NCBI GenBank assembly: GCA_032128115.1
Contig: JAQBHB010000055.1
Coordinates: forward strand, 1 to 21,910
Origin: Deltaproteobacteria bacterium
GTDB lineage: Bacteria > Myxococcota_A > UBA9160 > SMWR01
Reading direction: 5' to 3'
DNA length: 21,910 nucleotides
In this document: positions 8,589 through 16,440 of the stretch, piece by piece
Numbering within the stretch: the stretch's first letter is position 1
Layout: each line of letters starts with the position of its first letter
Position numbers and translations under genes: made by a program
The notes under the pieces: model-generated
The model's input: only the letters and a program-made list of their open reading frames with translations
What the model was told of the DNA's origin: nothing
Database searches by the model: none

Positions 8589-9977
8589 CTAACCGAACTG
8601 GCGGACGGCCTCCACCATCTTGTGCACGGTGGACTTGGCGTCGCCGAAGATCATCATGGTGTTGTCGTTGAAGAAGAGCGGGTTCTGCACCCCCGCGAAG
8701 CCCGGGTTCATGCTGCGCTTGAGCACGAATACGTGCCGGGCCCGGTCCACGTCCAGGATCGGCATGCCGTAGATGGGACTTCCCGTCGCGGTTCGCGCGT
8801 CCGGGTTCACCACGTCGTTGGCGCCGATCACCAGCGCCACGTCCGTCTCGGGAAACTCCCGGTTGATCTCGTCCATCTCCACCAGCTGTTCGTAGGGCAC
8901 GTCGGCCTCGGCCAGCAGCACGTTCATGTGGCCCGGCATGCGTCCAGCCACCGGATGGATGGCGTACCGCACGCGGATGCCTCGCTTCTCCAGCTCGCTG
9001 GCCAGCTCGCGAACCGCGTGCTGGGCCTGGGCCACGGCCATGCCATATCCGGGCACCACGATCAGCGAGCGCGAGTTCGAGAAGATCACTGCAGCGTCTT
9101 CCGGGGTGTAACCCTTGGCGGTCCGCTGAACGCCACCGCTCGGGGCGGCGGCCGTCGTGTCCACCGCTCCGAACGCGCCGAACAGCACGTTGGCCAACGA
9201 GCGGTTCATGGCATCGCACATGATCTTGGTGAGGATGATTCCGGACGCGCCCACCAGGGAGCCGCTGATCACCAGGGCACTGTTGTTGAGGACGAAGCCG
9301 GTGGCGCAGGCGGCCAGCCCCGAGTAGGAGTTCAGCAGGGAGATCACCACCGGCATGTCGGCGCCGCCGATGGGAATCACCAGCAGCACGCCAAGCAACA
9401 GCCCCATGGCCACGAGCCCGGCGAAGACGGGCAAGTCCAGGGGCGTCATCACCACCGCCGCAGCCAGTCCCAGGGTCCCCAGCCCCAGCAGGCCGTTCAC
9501 GAACTGCTGACCGGGATACGTCAGCGGTGCGCCACGCATGAGTTCCTGGAGCTTCGCGAATGCCACCAGGCTGCCCGTAAACGTGACGCCGCCGATCAGC
9601 ACGCCGAGCACGATGGCGACGGGCACCACACCCGACGGTTCCTGGGCGCGATCCGCGTAGTTCAGCAGTTCGGCTGAGGCCACCAGCACCGAGGCCAGGC
9701 CGCCGAAGCCGTTGAGGAGCGCCACCATCTGGGGCATTGCCGTCATCTGGATGCGCGCTGCCAACACCGCGCCGATGCCGGTTCCCACTACGATCCCCGC
9801 CAGGATCACCGCGAAGTCCATGTCCTTGTGGAGGGTGGCGATCACGGCGACGAGCATGCCCACGGCCGCCAGCAGGTTGCCCCGCGGCGCCGTTCGTGGC
9901 GACGAAAGGCCGTGGAGGCCGAGGATGAAGAGGACCGCCGCCGCCAGGTACGCGAAGGGAGTGAGCGCCTCGATCAA
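8589..9977 (-). CDS. pntB: NAD(P)+ transhydrogenase subunit beta
   Basis: MPQMVALLNGFGG, IGGADMPVVISLLNSYSG, VPGYGMAVAQAQ, IHPVAGRMPGHMNVLLAEA, GANDVVNP. TTG start overlaps the upstream stop. Confidence 0.97.
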   Translation of the reverse strand: MIEALTPFAYLAAAVLFILGLHGLSSPRTAPRGNLLAAVGMLVAVIATLHKDMDFAVILAGIVVGTGIGAVLAARIQMTAMPQMVALLNGFGGLASVLVASAELLNYADRAQEPSGVVPVAIVLGVLIGGVTFTGSLVAFAKLQELMRGAPLTYPGQQFVNGLLGLGTLGLAAAVVMTPLDLPVFAGLVAMGLLLGVLLVIPIGGADMPVVISLLNSYSGLAACATGFVLNNSALVISGSLVGASGIILTKIMCDAMNRSLANVLFGAFGAVDTTAAAPSGGVQRTAKGYTPEDAAVIFSNSRSLIVVPGYGMAVAQAQHAVRELASELEKRGIRVRYAIHPVAGRMPGHMNVLLAEADVPYEQLVEMDEINREFPETDVALVIGANDVVNPDARTATGSPIYGMPILDVDRARHVFVLKRSMNPGFAGVQNPLFFNDNTMMIFGDAKSTVHKMVEAVRQFG

Positions 9978-10267
9978 CGGTCGTCCCGCTTGCGCTTGAA
10001 CATGGCCAGCATGCGATTCGTGACCAGGAAGCCACCCACCACGTTGATGGTGGCCACCACCACCGCGATGAACCCGAGCAACGCGGAGAGATCGCGCTCG
10101 CCGCTGCCCGCCGCCACCAATGCGCCCACGACCGTGATGCCGGAGATGGCATTCGATCCGGACATGAGCGGCGTGTGCAGCAGCGGGGGCACCTTCGCAA
10201 TCACCTCGAAGCCCACGAAGAGCGCCAGCACCAGGATCGTCAGAGCCACCGCGGGATCGTCGAGCAT
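9974..10267 (-). CDS. pntAB: NAD(P)+ transhydrogenase subunit alpha, part 2 (membrane)
   Basis: VPPLLHTPLMSGSNAISG, INVVGGFLVTNRMLAMF. Confidence 0.96.
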   Translation of the reverse strand: MLDDPAVALTILVLALFVGFEVIAKVPPLLHTPLMSGSNAISGITVVGALVAAGSGERDLSALLGFIAVVVATINVVGGFLVTNRMLAMFKRKRDDR

Positions 10268-11433
10268 CAGACCTTCGAACCTCCGTCGCCCTCGGCGAGC
10301 CCGCGAGCCCGCTCGTTGGTGATCTTGCCCTCGTGGGTCAGCAGTGCGCCGCAGGTGATCTCGTCTTCCAGGTCCAGATCGAGCGCACCCTCCGAGACCA
10401 GGTGCTTGAGGAAGGTGGTCAGGTTCCTGGCGTACATCTGGCTGGCGTTGTTCGGAATCTCCCGCGCCAGATTCGAGGCGCCGATGATCGAAACCCCGTT
10501 CACGATGACCGTCTGATCCGAAACACAGCCGGCGGTGTTTCCACCCTGCTCCGCCGCCAGATCCACGATCACCGAGCCCGGGCGCATGGCGCGCACGGCC
10601 GCCTCGTCGATCAGCAGCGGCGCCCGCTGTCCCGGCACCAGGGCGGTGGTGACCACCACGTCCGAAGCCGCCACCCGCGCGCCAAGCAGCTCGCGCTGAC
10701 GCCGGTAGAAGTCCTCATCCTGGGCGCGCGCATAGCCGCCCGCGTCCTCGGCGTCCCCGGTGTCCAGCGCGAGCTCGACGAAGCGGGCGCCGAGGCTCTC
10801 CACCTGCTCCTTCACGGCGGGCCGCGTGTCGTATCCCTCCACCACGGCTCCCAGCCTGCGGGCGGTGGCGATCGCTTGCAGGCCCGCGACGCCGGCACCG
10901 ATCACCAGCACCCGGGCCGGCGAGATCGTGCCCGCGGCCGTCACCATCATGGGAAAGATCTTGGGCAGGCTGGCGGCGCCCACCAGCACGGCCCGGTAGC
11001 CGGCGATGGTGCTCATGGCCGAGAGCGCGTCCATGGACTGGGCGCGGGTAATGCGGGGCATCAGCTCCATGGCGAACGCGGTAACGCCCCGCTCCGCCAG
11101 ACGCTTCGCCAGATCCGGCCGATCCAGCGGCTTCAGGAACGCGATCAGCGTCGAGCCGGCGGCGAGGTCGTCGATCTCATGGCCGCCAGCGGGCCGGACC
11201 ATGGGCGGCTGGACCTTCAAGACGACGTCGGCAGCCCCGAGCAGCGCCGCGGCGTCGGGCTGCAAGCGGGCGCCAGCGGCCTCGTAGTCGCCATCGGCGA
11301 AGCCTGCAGCCACGCCGGCCCCGGTCTGGATGCAGACCTGCAGGCCTTCGGAAACCAGCACGCGAACGGCGTCGGGCACCAGCGCCACCCGCCGCTCGCC
11401 GGGCTCGATCTCTGTGGGAACCGCTACGATCAA
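10267..11433 (-). CDS. pntAA: NAD(P)+ transhydrogenase subunit alpha, part 1 (NAD-binding)
   Basis: GERRVALVP, PRITRAQSMDALS, GAGVAGLQAIATARRLGA, DLAAEQGGN. TTG start with GAGG RBS. Confidence 0.96.
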   Translation of the reverse strand: MIVAVPTEIEPGERRVALVPDAVRVLVSEGLQVCIQTGAGVAAGFADGDYEAAGARLQPDAAALLGAADVVLKVQPPMVRPAGGHEIDDLAAGSTLIAFLKPLDRPDLAKRLAERGVTAFAMELMPRITRAQSMDALSAMSTIAGYRAVLVGAASLPKIFPMMVTAAGTISPARVLVIGAGVAGLQAIATARRLGAVVEGYDTRPAVKEQVESLGARFVELALDTGDAEDAGGYARAQDEDFYRRQRELLGARVAASDVVVTTALVPGQRAPLLIDEAAVRAMRPGSVIVDLAAEQGGNTAGCVSDQTVIVNGVSIIGASNLAREIPNNASQMYARNLTTFLKHLVSEGALDLDLEDEITCGALLTHEGKITNERARGLAEGDGGSKV

Positions 11434-11481
11434 CGCGCCTCACCCCTCCCGAGGATTCAGGCCGCGCGCACTATAGGGCAG

Positions 11482-11515
11482 GCGCCCCAGCCGGGCATGA
11501 CCGCCCGCGGGGCGC
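11482..11515. terminator. GC-rich hairpin just downstream of the MDR gene (possible terminator without U-tract)
   Basis: gcgcccc/ggggcgc outer stem and cgggc/gcccg inner stem. A TATAGT -10-like box for pntAA follows on the minus strand. Confidence 0.35.
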
Positions 11516-11517
11516 GC

Positions 11518-12678
11518 CTACGGAACCAGCTTTTCCACCGCCGCGGGCATGCGGTCGGCAATCCGCACGATCGGAATGCCGGTCTGCACGTTCTGGTGCA
11601 TCTCCTCCAGGGCGCGGGGCAGATCATCGAACGAGTAGACCTCGTCGTGCACCGTGGGCCTGAATACGCGTCCGTACAGCTCGGTGGCCGCGGCGCAGCC
11701 CTCGAGCGTCTCGTAGTGCACGTGATCCAGGGTGATCTGGCGAACCGAAAGACCGGCCGAGTCGTACGCGATCTTCTTTTCGAGTTGCCAGCCGGCACTC
11801 ACGTTCACACCCTGGCGCGCCGCAGCAGCCACGCCGGCAGGGAACACGGCGCCGCGCAACATGTCGCACACGATGTGTGCGCCCTCCCCGGCCGTCAACG
11901 TCTTCAGCTGCTTGCTGAAGGCCTTGACGTCGTCGCGGCCGGCAAAGCGGTTGAACTCGCGCTGGTCGATGCTCTCGATTCCCAGGCTCTCGAGATGCTT
12001 GCGGCGCGCGGGGTTGCCCGAGCAGAAGATCGCCCGATGGCCCTCGGCGTTCGCGAGCATCAGGAAGAGTTCGGAGACCCCCCCCCCGAATCCCAACACG
12101 TTGGCGCGGGACAATCGCTCCCGCGGCAACTTGACGCGCAGCATCCCGATGGCCCGACGCCACAGGTGGTAGGCCGTGGGTGCGCGCAGCGGCAGCGCGG
12201 CGATCTCCCACAGGTTGAGCCCACAGCGAAGCGGCGCCGGCAGGATCTGCCAGTCGCCCACCATCGCCTCCTCGCCGTACCAGCCGATGGAGTCGGGCTG
12301 ATCGTAGGCCCAGATGCGCAGCGGGTAGCCGTAGGGATCGGGCTCCCCGTTGCAATGGGTCAGCACCACGTCGCCGGGCGAGAAGCGCGTCACGTCGCGG
12401 CCCACCGCCAGGACCTCGCCCACGGCGCTGTTGCCCGGGTAGATCTTGCCACCGCGGAATTCGGCGATGTTCATGGTGTCGGCCAGCGCGGCGTGGTCCA
12501 CGTTGTGCTCGGCCGAAACCGCGAGGATCTTCAGATGGACGTCCTTGGGACCCATCTCCGGCAGCACCAGCTCATCCAGCCGGACCACCCGGGAGACGTC
12601 CATCTTCTCGAGATCGCCACCCACCCGCTCGTTCTCCGCTGCGATGGCTTCGGCAGTGATGGCGTACGCTCTGGGCAT
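11518..12678 (-). CDS. MDR-family oxidoreductase, divergent crotonyl-CoA carboxylase/reductase-like
   Basis: MDR fold (GEVLAVGRDVTRFSPGDVV, TAYHL, NVLGFGGG). Ccr-like segments GDVVLTHCN and RIWAYDQPD (Ccr: GDEVV.HC, RIWG(F/Y)ETPD). Lacks the zinc-ADH GHE motif. Confidence 0.75.
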   Translation of the reverse strand: MPRAYAITAEAIAAENERVGGDLEKMDVSRVVRLDELVLPEMGPKDVHLKILAVSAEHNVDHAALADTMNIAEFRGGKIYPGNSAVGEVLAVGRDVTRFSPGDVVLTHCNGEPDPYGYPLRIWAYDQPDSIGWYGEEAMVGDWQILPAPLRCGLNLWEIAALPLRAPTAYHLWRRAIGMLRVKLPRERLSRANVLGFGGGVSELFLMLANAEGHRAIFCSGNPARRKHLESLGIESIDQREFNRFAGRDDVKAFSKQLKTLTAGEGAHIVCDMLRGAVFPAGVAAAARQGVNVSAGWQLEKKIAYDSAGLSVRQITLDHVHYETLEGCAAATELYGRVFRPTVHDEVYSFDDLPRALEEMHQNVQTGIPIVRIADRMPAAVEKLVP

Positions 12679-12709
12679 GGATCCTTCCTCGCTGGGCGGC
12701 TCACAGGGA

Positions 12710-13399
12710 GTGGGACGCTGGATCGTATCACGGCTCGGGGCGAATCCGGCGGCCTCGCTGGGCCTTTCCCCGCACCGGGACGAGGACCTGGCGCGCTGGC
12801 TGGTGGCGGTGTGTCTCCGGACGGGCCGCGCCGGCGACGAAGCGTGCGTCGAGCGCTCGTTCCGCGCCCTGTCCGAGAAGGGACTCGATTCGCCCGAGGG
12901 CGTCGCCGGTTCCGGCCCCCTGGCGGTGGAGGCCGCGCTACTCGAGGCGCGCCACCCCCAGCCCGCCCGGGCCGCGGCACGGGTCGCGCGCGCGTGTCGC
13001 GCTCTGCTCGACGACTACGGGGGATCCGTCGAGCGCCTGGCCTCCCAGGCGGACGGCCTCGATGAGTTGGGCGCGCGCATCGCCGCCCTGGCGCCGGGCC
13101 TGGGCGCCGCCAGCGTGGCGGCATTCCTGCGCCCACTCCGCGACCGCTGGCCCGGCGCCGCGGAGCTGCCCCTGGCACCGGCGGCCCGGGCGGCCGCCGT
13201 GCACCTGGGCCTGATCGGCGAGGGGCAGGACGAAGAGGGCGAGCCCGGCGCATTGCGCGCCGCACTGGGCCGGGAGGCCGACGCCCCGGACCTGGCCGAC
13301 GTGGAAGCGGCACTGACCCGACTGGGAACCCGATCGTGCCTGCGGGAACGCGTGGATCGCTGTCCCCTGGGCGACGATTGCCCGCTGCGAAACCCCTGA
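12710..13399 (+). CDS. Hypothetical protein, HhH-GPD/endonuclease III-like fold (start uncertain)
   Basis: SLGL...LARWLVAVCL, ALLDDYGGSVERLA, PGLGAASVAAFLRPLRDRWP (HhH-like) and C-terminal C-x7-CPL-x3-CP. Confidence 0.6.
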   Translation: MGRWIVSRLGANPAASLGLSPHRDEDLARWLVAVCLRTGRAGDEACVERSFRALSEKGLDSPEGVAGSGPLAVEAALLEARHPQPARAAARVARACRALLDDYGGSVERLASQADGLDELGARIAALAPGLGAASVAAFLRPLRDRWPGAAELPLAPAARAAAVHLGLIGEGQDEEGEPGALRAALGREADAPDLADVEAALTRLGTRSCLRERVDRCPLGDDCPLRNP

Positions 13400-13408
13400 A
13401 GCCCACAC

Positions 13409-13486
13409 ATCGGGGCACTGCGATCAGATCGGGGCGCTGCGATCAGATATCGGGGCGCCGCGATCAGATCGGGGCGCCGCGATCAG
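13409..13486. repeat. Four tandem 19-bp repeats between convergent genes
   Basis: atcggggcactgcgatcag, atcggggcgctgcgatcag, (at), atcggggcgccgcgatcag x2. The last copy contains the nrdJ stop codon. Confidence 0.93.
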
Positions 13487-15243
13487 GGCAGGCAGCGCGG
13501 CGACGGACATTCGGCGTCGTCCGACACCTCGACCGCATCACCGCCGCGAACCAGCACGGCCGTGCCCTTGCTTCCCTCCCGGAAGACCGTCACGCCCTTG
13601 AGACCGCGCCGCCACGCGGAGGTGTAGATGTGACGGACCTGATCCGGCGTCGCGTTCGCCGGCAGGTTGATGGTCTTCGAGACCGCGTTGTCCACGTGAC
13701 GCTGGAAGGCGGCCTGGATCTCCAGGTGCGCTTCCGGGTCGATGTCGGCCGCCGTGGGGTACAGGCGCCGGATCGACTCGGGAACGGAAGTCTGGTCGCG
13801 CACGGATCCGGTTCGCCGCACCTCATCCACCAGGTCCGCGTTCCACACACCCGCCCGGTGCAGGGCGCGCTCGAAGCGCGGATTGGTTTCGGGCAGTCGT
13901 TGCCCGTCGAGCACGTGGCGAACGAATGCCAGCGCGAAATACGGCTCGATGCCACCGGAGCAGTCGGCCAGGATCGAGAGCGTGCCCGTGGGCGCGATCG
14001 ACGTAACCGTGGCGTTGCGCAACCGGAGCCCGCGGGCCTGGGCCCGGGAGCCTTCGAAGTGGGGAAACACGCCCCGCGACCCGGCCAACGCCGACGAGGC
14101 GCGTTCGGCCCGGGCCCGGATGCGCCCCATCACCTGCTCTGCCACCCGCGCGGCCTCCGGCGCGTCGTAGGGAACGCCCAGCTCCACCAACAGATCCGCG
14201 AAGCCCATCACTCCCAGGCCGATCTTGCGATTGCCGCGGGTCACCTGGGCGATCTCCGGATAGGGGTACCGGCTGACCTCCACCACGTCGTCCAGGAAGC
14301 GCACGGCCAGGTCGACGGCCCGATCCAGGCTTTCGAAATCCAGCACCGGGCCCGCGTCCGCAACGCGCACGAAGGCGTCGAGGCGCAGGGAGCCCAGGTT
14401 GCAGCTCTCGTGGGGGTGCAGCGGAAGCTCGCCGCACGGGTTGGTGGCCTCCAGCGGCCCGAGCTGTGGCGTCGGGTTCTCCCGGTTGATCGCGTCCAGG
14501 AAAACCACGCCGGGATCCCCGGTGGCCCAGGCGTTCGCGGCGATCTCGTCCAGGAGGCCGCGAGCATCCACGCTGCGCACGGTCTTGCCGTCGCGCGGGT
14601 TCACCAGGTCGAAGCTCTCCCCGGCCTCGGCGGCCCGGAAGAAGGCATCGCTGGCGCCCACCGAGAGGTTGAAGTTGGTGATGCGCTCCGGGTCGGCCTT
14701 CACGCGAGCGAACTCGAAGATGTTCGGGTGGTTAACCCGCAACACGCCCATGTTGGCGCCCCGCCGGCGACCGCCCTGCACCACCACGGCGGTGGTGGCG
14801 TCGAACACGTGGAGGAACGACACGGGCCCGGATGCCACGCCGTGGCTGTGATTCACCCGGTCGCCCGCCAGGCGCAGGTGCGAGAACGAGAAGCCGGTAC
14901 CGCCACCGGTCTGGTGGATCACGGCCATGCGCTTGACCGCCTCGAAGATGCTCTCCAGCGAATCTTCGATGGGCAGCACGAAGCAGGCCGACAACTGGCC
15001 CTTGTGGGTTCCCGCGTTCATCAGGGTCGGACTGTTGGGAAGGAACACGCGGCGATGCAGCAGCTGGAAGAAGGCTTCGGCACTCGCCGCCACGTCGCCG
15101 CCGAACGCAGCCTCGGCGGCGGCCACGGCCTCGGCGACGCGTCGGCACAGGCCCTCGAAATCCTCCAGGGCGCGGCCCGAGGCATCGCGGAGCAGGTAGC
15201 GGGCTTCCAGCACGCGCCGGGCGTTTGCGGACAGGGGGGGCAC
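13483..15243 (-). CDS. nrdJ: Class II (adenosylcobalamin-dependent) ribonucleotide reductase
   Basis: LPNSPTLMNAG, LSACFVLP, GGRRRGANMG, ATNPCGE, CNLGS, IAPTGTLS, AVSKTIN, KGVTVFR and C-terminal CxxxxC. No class I YY motif and no adjacent nrdB. Confidence 0.93.
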   Translation of the reverse strand: MPPLSANARRVLEARYLLRDASGRALEDFEGLCRRVAEAVAAAEAAFGGDVAASAEAFFQLLHRRVFLPNSPTLMNAGTHKGQLSACFVLPIEDSLESIFEAVKRMAVIHQTGGGTGFSFSHLRLAGDRVNHSHGVASGPVSFLHVFDATTAVVVQGGRRRGANMGVLRVNHPNIFEFARVKADPERITNFNLSVGASDAFFRAAEAGESFDLVNPRDGKTVRSVDARGLLDEIAANAWATGDPGVVFLDAINRENPTPQLGPLEATNPCGELPLHPHESCNLGSLRLDAFVRVADAGPVLDFESLDRAVDLAVRFLDDVVEVSRYPYPEIAQVTRGNRKIGLGVMGFADLLVELGVPYDAPEAARVAEQVMGRIRARAERASSALAGSRGVFPHFEGSRAQARGLRLRNATVTSIAPTGTLSILADCSGGIEPYFALAFVRHVLDGQRLPETNPRFERALHRAGVWNADLVDEVRRTGSVRDQTSVPESIRRLYPTAADIDPEAHLEIQAAFQRHVDNAVSKTINLPANATPDQVRHIYTSAWRRGLKGVTVFREGSKGTAVLVRGGDAVEVSDDAECPSPRCLP

Positions 15244-15249
15244 CTCCGA

Positions 15250-15258
15250 AGGCTAGCA
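15250..15258 (-). promoter_or_regulatory. Putative extended -10 (TGcTAGCCT) for leaderless nrdJ
   Basis: TGn-TAnnnT ends 6 nt upstream of GTG 15243. Confidence 0.45.
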
Positions 15259-15316
15259 GGGCAACCGACTCTGGATACAATCCACGCCACCCCACGCTAC
15301 TCCCCGGAGGCCCTGC

Positions 15317-16426
15317 GTGACCGACCGCCCGCGAATCATCCGGAAGCTCACCGGCAACTTCCTCGAGGACTTCCGGCCCGGGCAGATTTTCCGCCACAAG
15401 GGCGGCAAGACCGTGACCGAGGGCCTGTTCGCCCGTTTCACCGAGTTCTCCATGAGTTCGAATCCCCTGGCGAAGAACGCGCGCTACGCCCGCGCCTACG
15501 GCTTCGAAGGGCTCGTGTGCCCGCCCGGCCTGACCATGCTGGTGGCCTTCAGCCAGACTGTCGAAGACGTGTCGGAGAACGCGCGCGCGAACCTGGAGTA
15601 CATCGACATGCGCTTCGGCGTGCCGGTCTACGTCGGCGACACCCTGGAGGTGGCGACGAAGGTGCTCGGCGTGCGCGCCTCGTCGAGCCGGCCCAACCTG
15701 GGAATCGTCCACGTGCAGTCGACCGCGCACAAGAACCTGGGCGCCTCGGACGAGGCCGTGGTCATGACCTGGCAACGCAAGGTCCAGGTCTACAAGCGCG
15801 ACGATTCGGCGGACCTGCACGAGGGCAGCATCGAATCCGATTCCGTCGAGTGCGATCTGTGGCTGCCGGGGTATGAACCGGGGCGCGACTACAAGGCGCT
15901 CGCCCACCTGTCCAGTTCGGACAGCTACTTCGAGGACTTCGAGTCCGGCACACGCATCGAACACTCCCGCGGCCGCACCATGACCGACGAGCACATCCAC
16001 CTGACGGCCATGCTGGACAACACGAGCCAGGTGCACTGCAACCAGTACATGATCGATCTCGACCCGGACCAGTACGTGGGCGGCAAGCTCATCATCTTCG
16101 GCGGCCTGCCCTTCGTGCTGTGCCTGGGACTCTCGTCGCCGGACGTGGGCGACAACGCCCTCGGCGACATCCGATATGCAACCGGCCGGCACACGGCGCC
16201 GCTGTTCGCGGGCGACACCGTGTTTGCGGCCACCGAGATCACCGGCAAACGCGACCATCCGGAGCGCCCGGATCTGGGCGTGCTGGAGACACGCCTGTTC
16301 GGTCACAAGTTCGAGCGGGCCCCCAACGAGCCCCACAGCGACGCCCCTCCGGGATGGAAGAAAACCCCGATCTTCGAGCTCACGCGGGAGATCGCCGTCA
16401 AGCGACGCAGCCACTACGCCGGCTGA
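15317..16426 (+). CDS. Double hot-dog MaoC-family (R)-hydratase, mesaconyl-C1-CoA hydratase (Mch)-like
   Basis: Two MaoC halves (GNFLEDFRPGQ...; YFEDFESG...). TVEDVSENARANLEY..MRFGVPVYVGDTL resembles Mch TVPDISLNA.ANLGY...RFG..VY.GDTL. GGAGG RBS. Confidence 0.8.
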   Translation: MTDRPRIIRKLTGNFLEDFRPGQIFRHKGGKTVTEGLFARFTEFSMSSNPLAKNARYARAYGFEGLVCPPGLTMLVAFSQTVEDVSENARANLEYIDMRFGVPVYVGDTLEVATKVLGVRASSSRPNLGIVHVQSTAHKNLGASDEAVVMTWQRKVQVYKRDDSADLHEGSIESDSVECDLWLPGYEPGRDYKALAHLSSSDSYFEDFESGTRIEHSRGRTMTDEHIHLTAMLDNTSQVHCNQYMIDLDPDQYVGGKLIIFGGLPFVLCLGLSSPDVGDNALGDIRYATGRHTAPLFAGDTVFAATEITGKRDHPERPDLGVLETRLFGHKFERAPNEPHSDAPPGWKKTPIFELTREIAVKRRSHYAG

Positions 16427-16440
16427 GCAAGAGAGACCCC

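Noticed and set aside
10333..13065. 910-aa plus-strand ORF
   Set aside because: Antisense shadow of pntAA and the MDR gene; no motifs; expected in high-GC DNA.
13409..13486. Possible CRISPR array
   Set aside because: Units are contiguous with no unique spacers, are only 19 bp, and there are no cas genes in the window.
15244..15316. NrdR box or cobalamin riboswitch upstream of nrdJ
   Set aside because: No match to acaCwAtATaTwGtg, and 73 bp shared with a divergent gene is too short for a cobalamin riboswitch.
13336..15876. 846-aa plus-strand ORF
   Set aside because: Antisense shadow of nrdJ running out of frame into mch; no recognisable domain.
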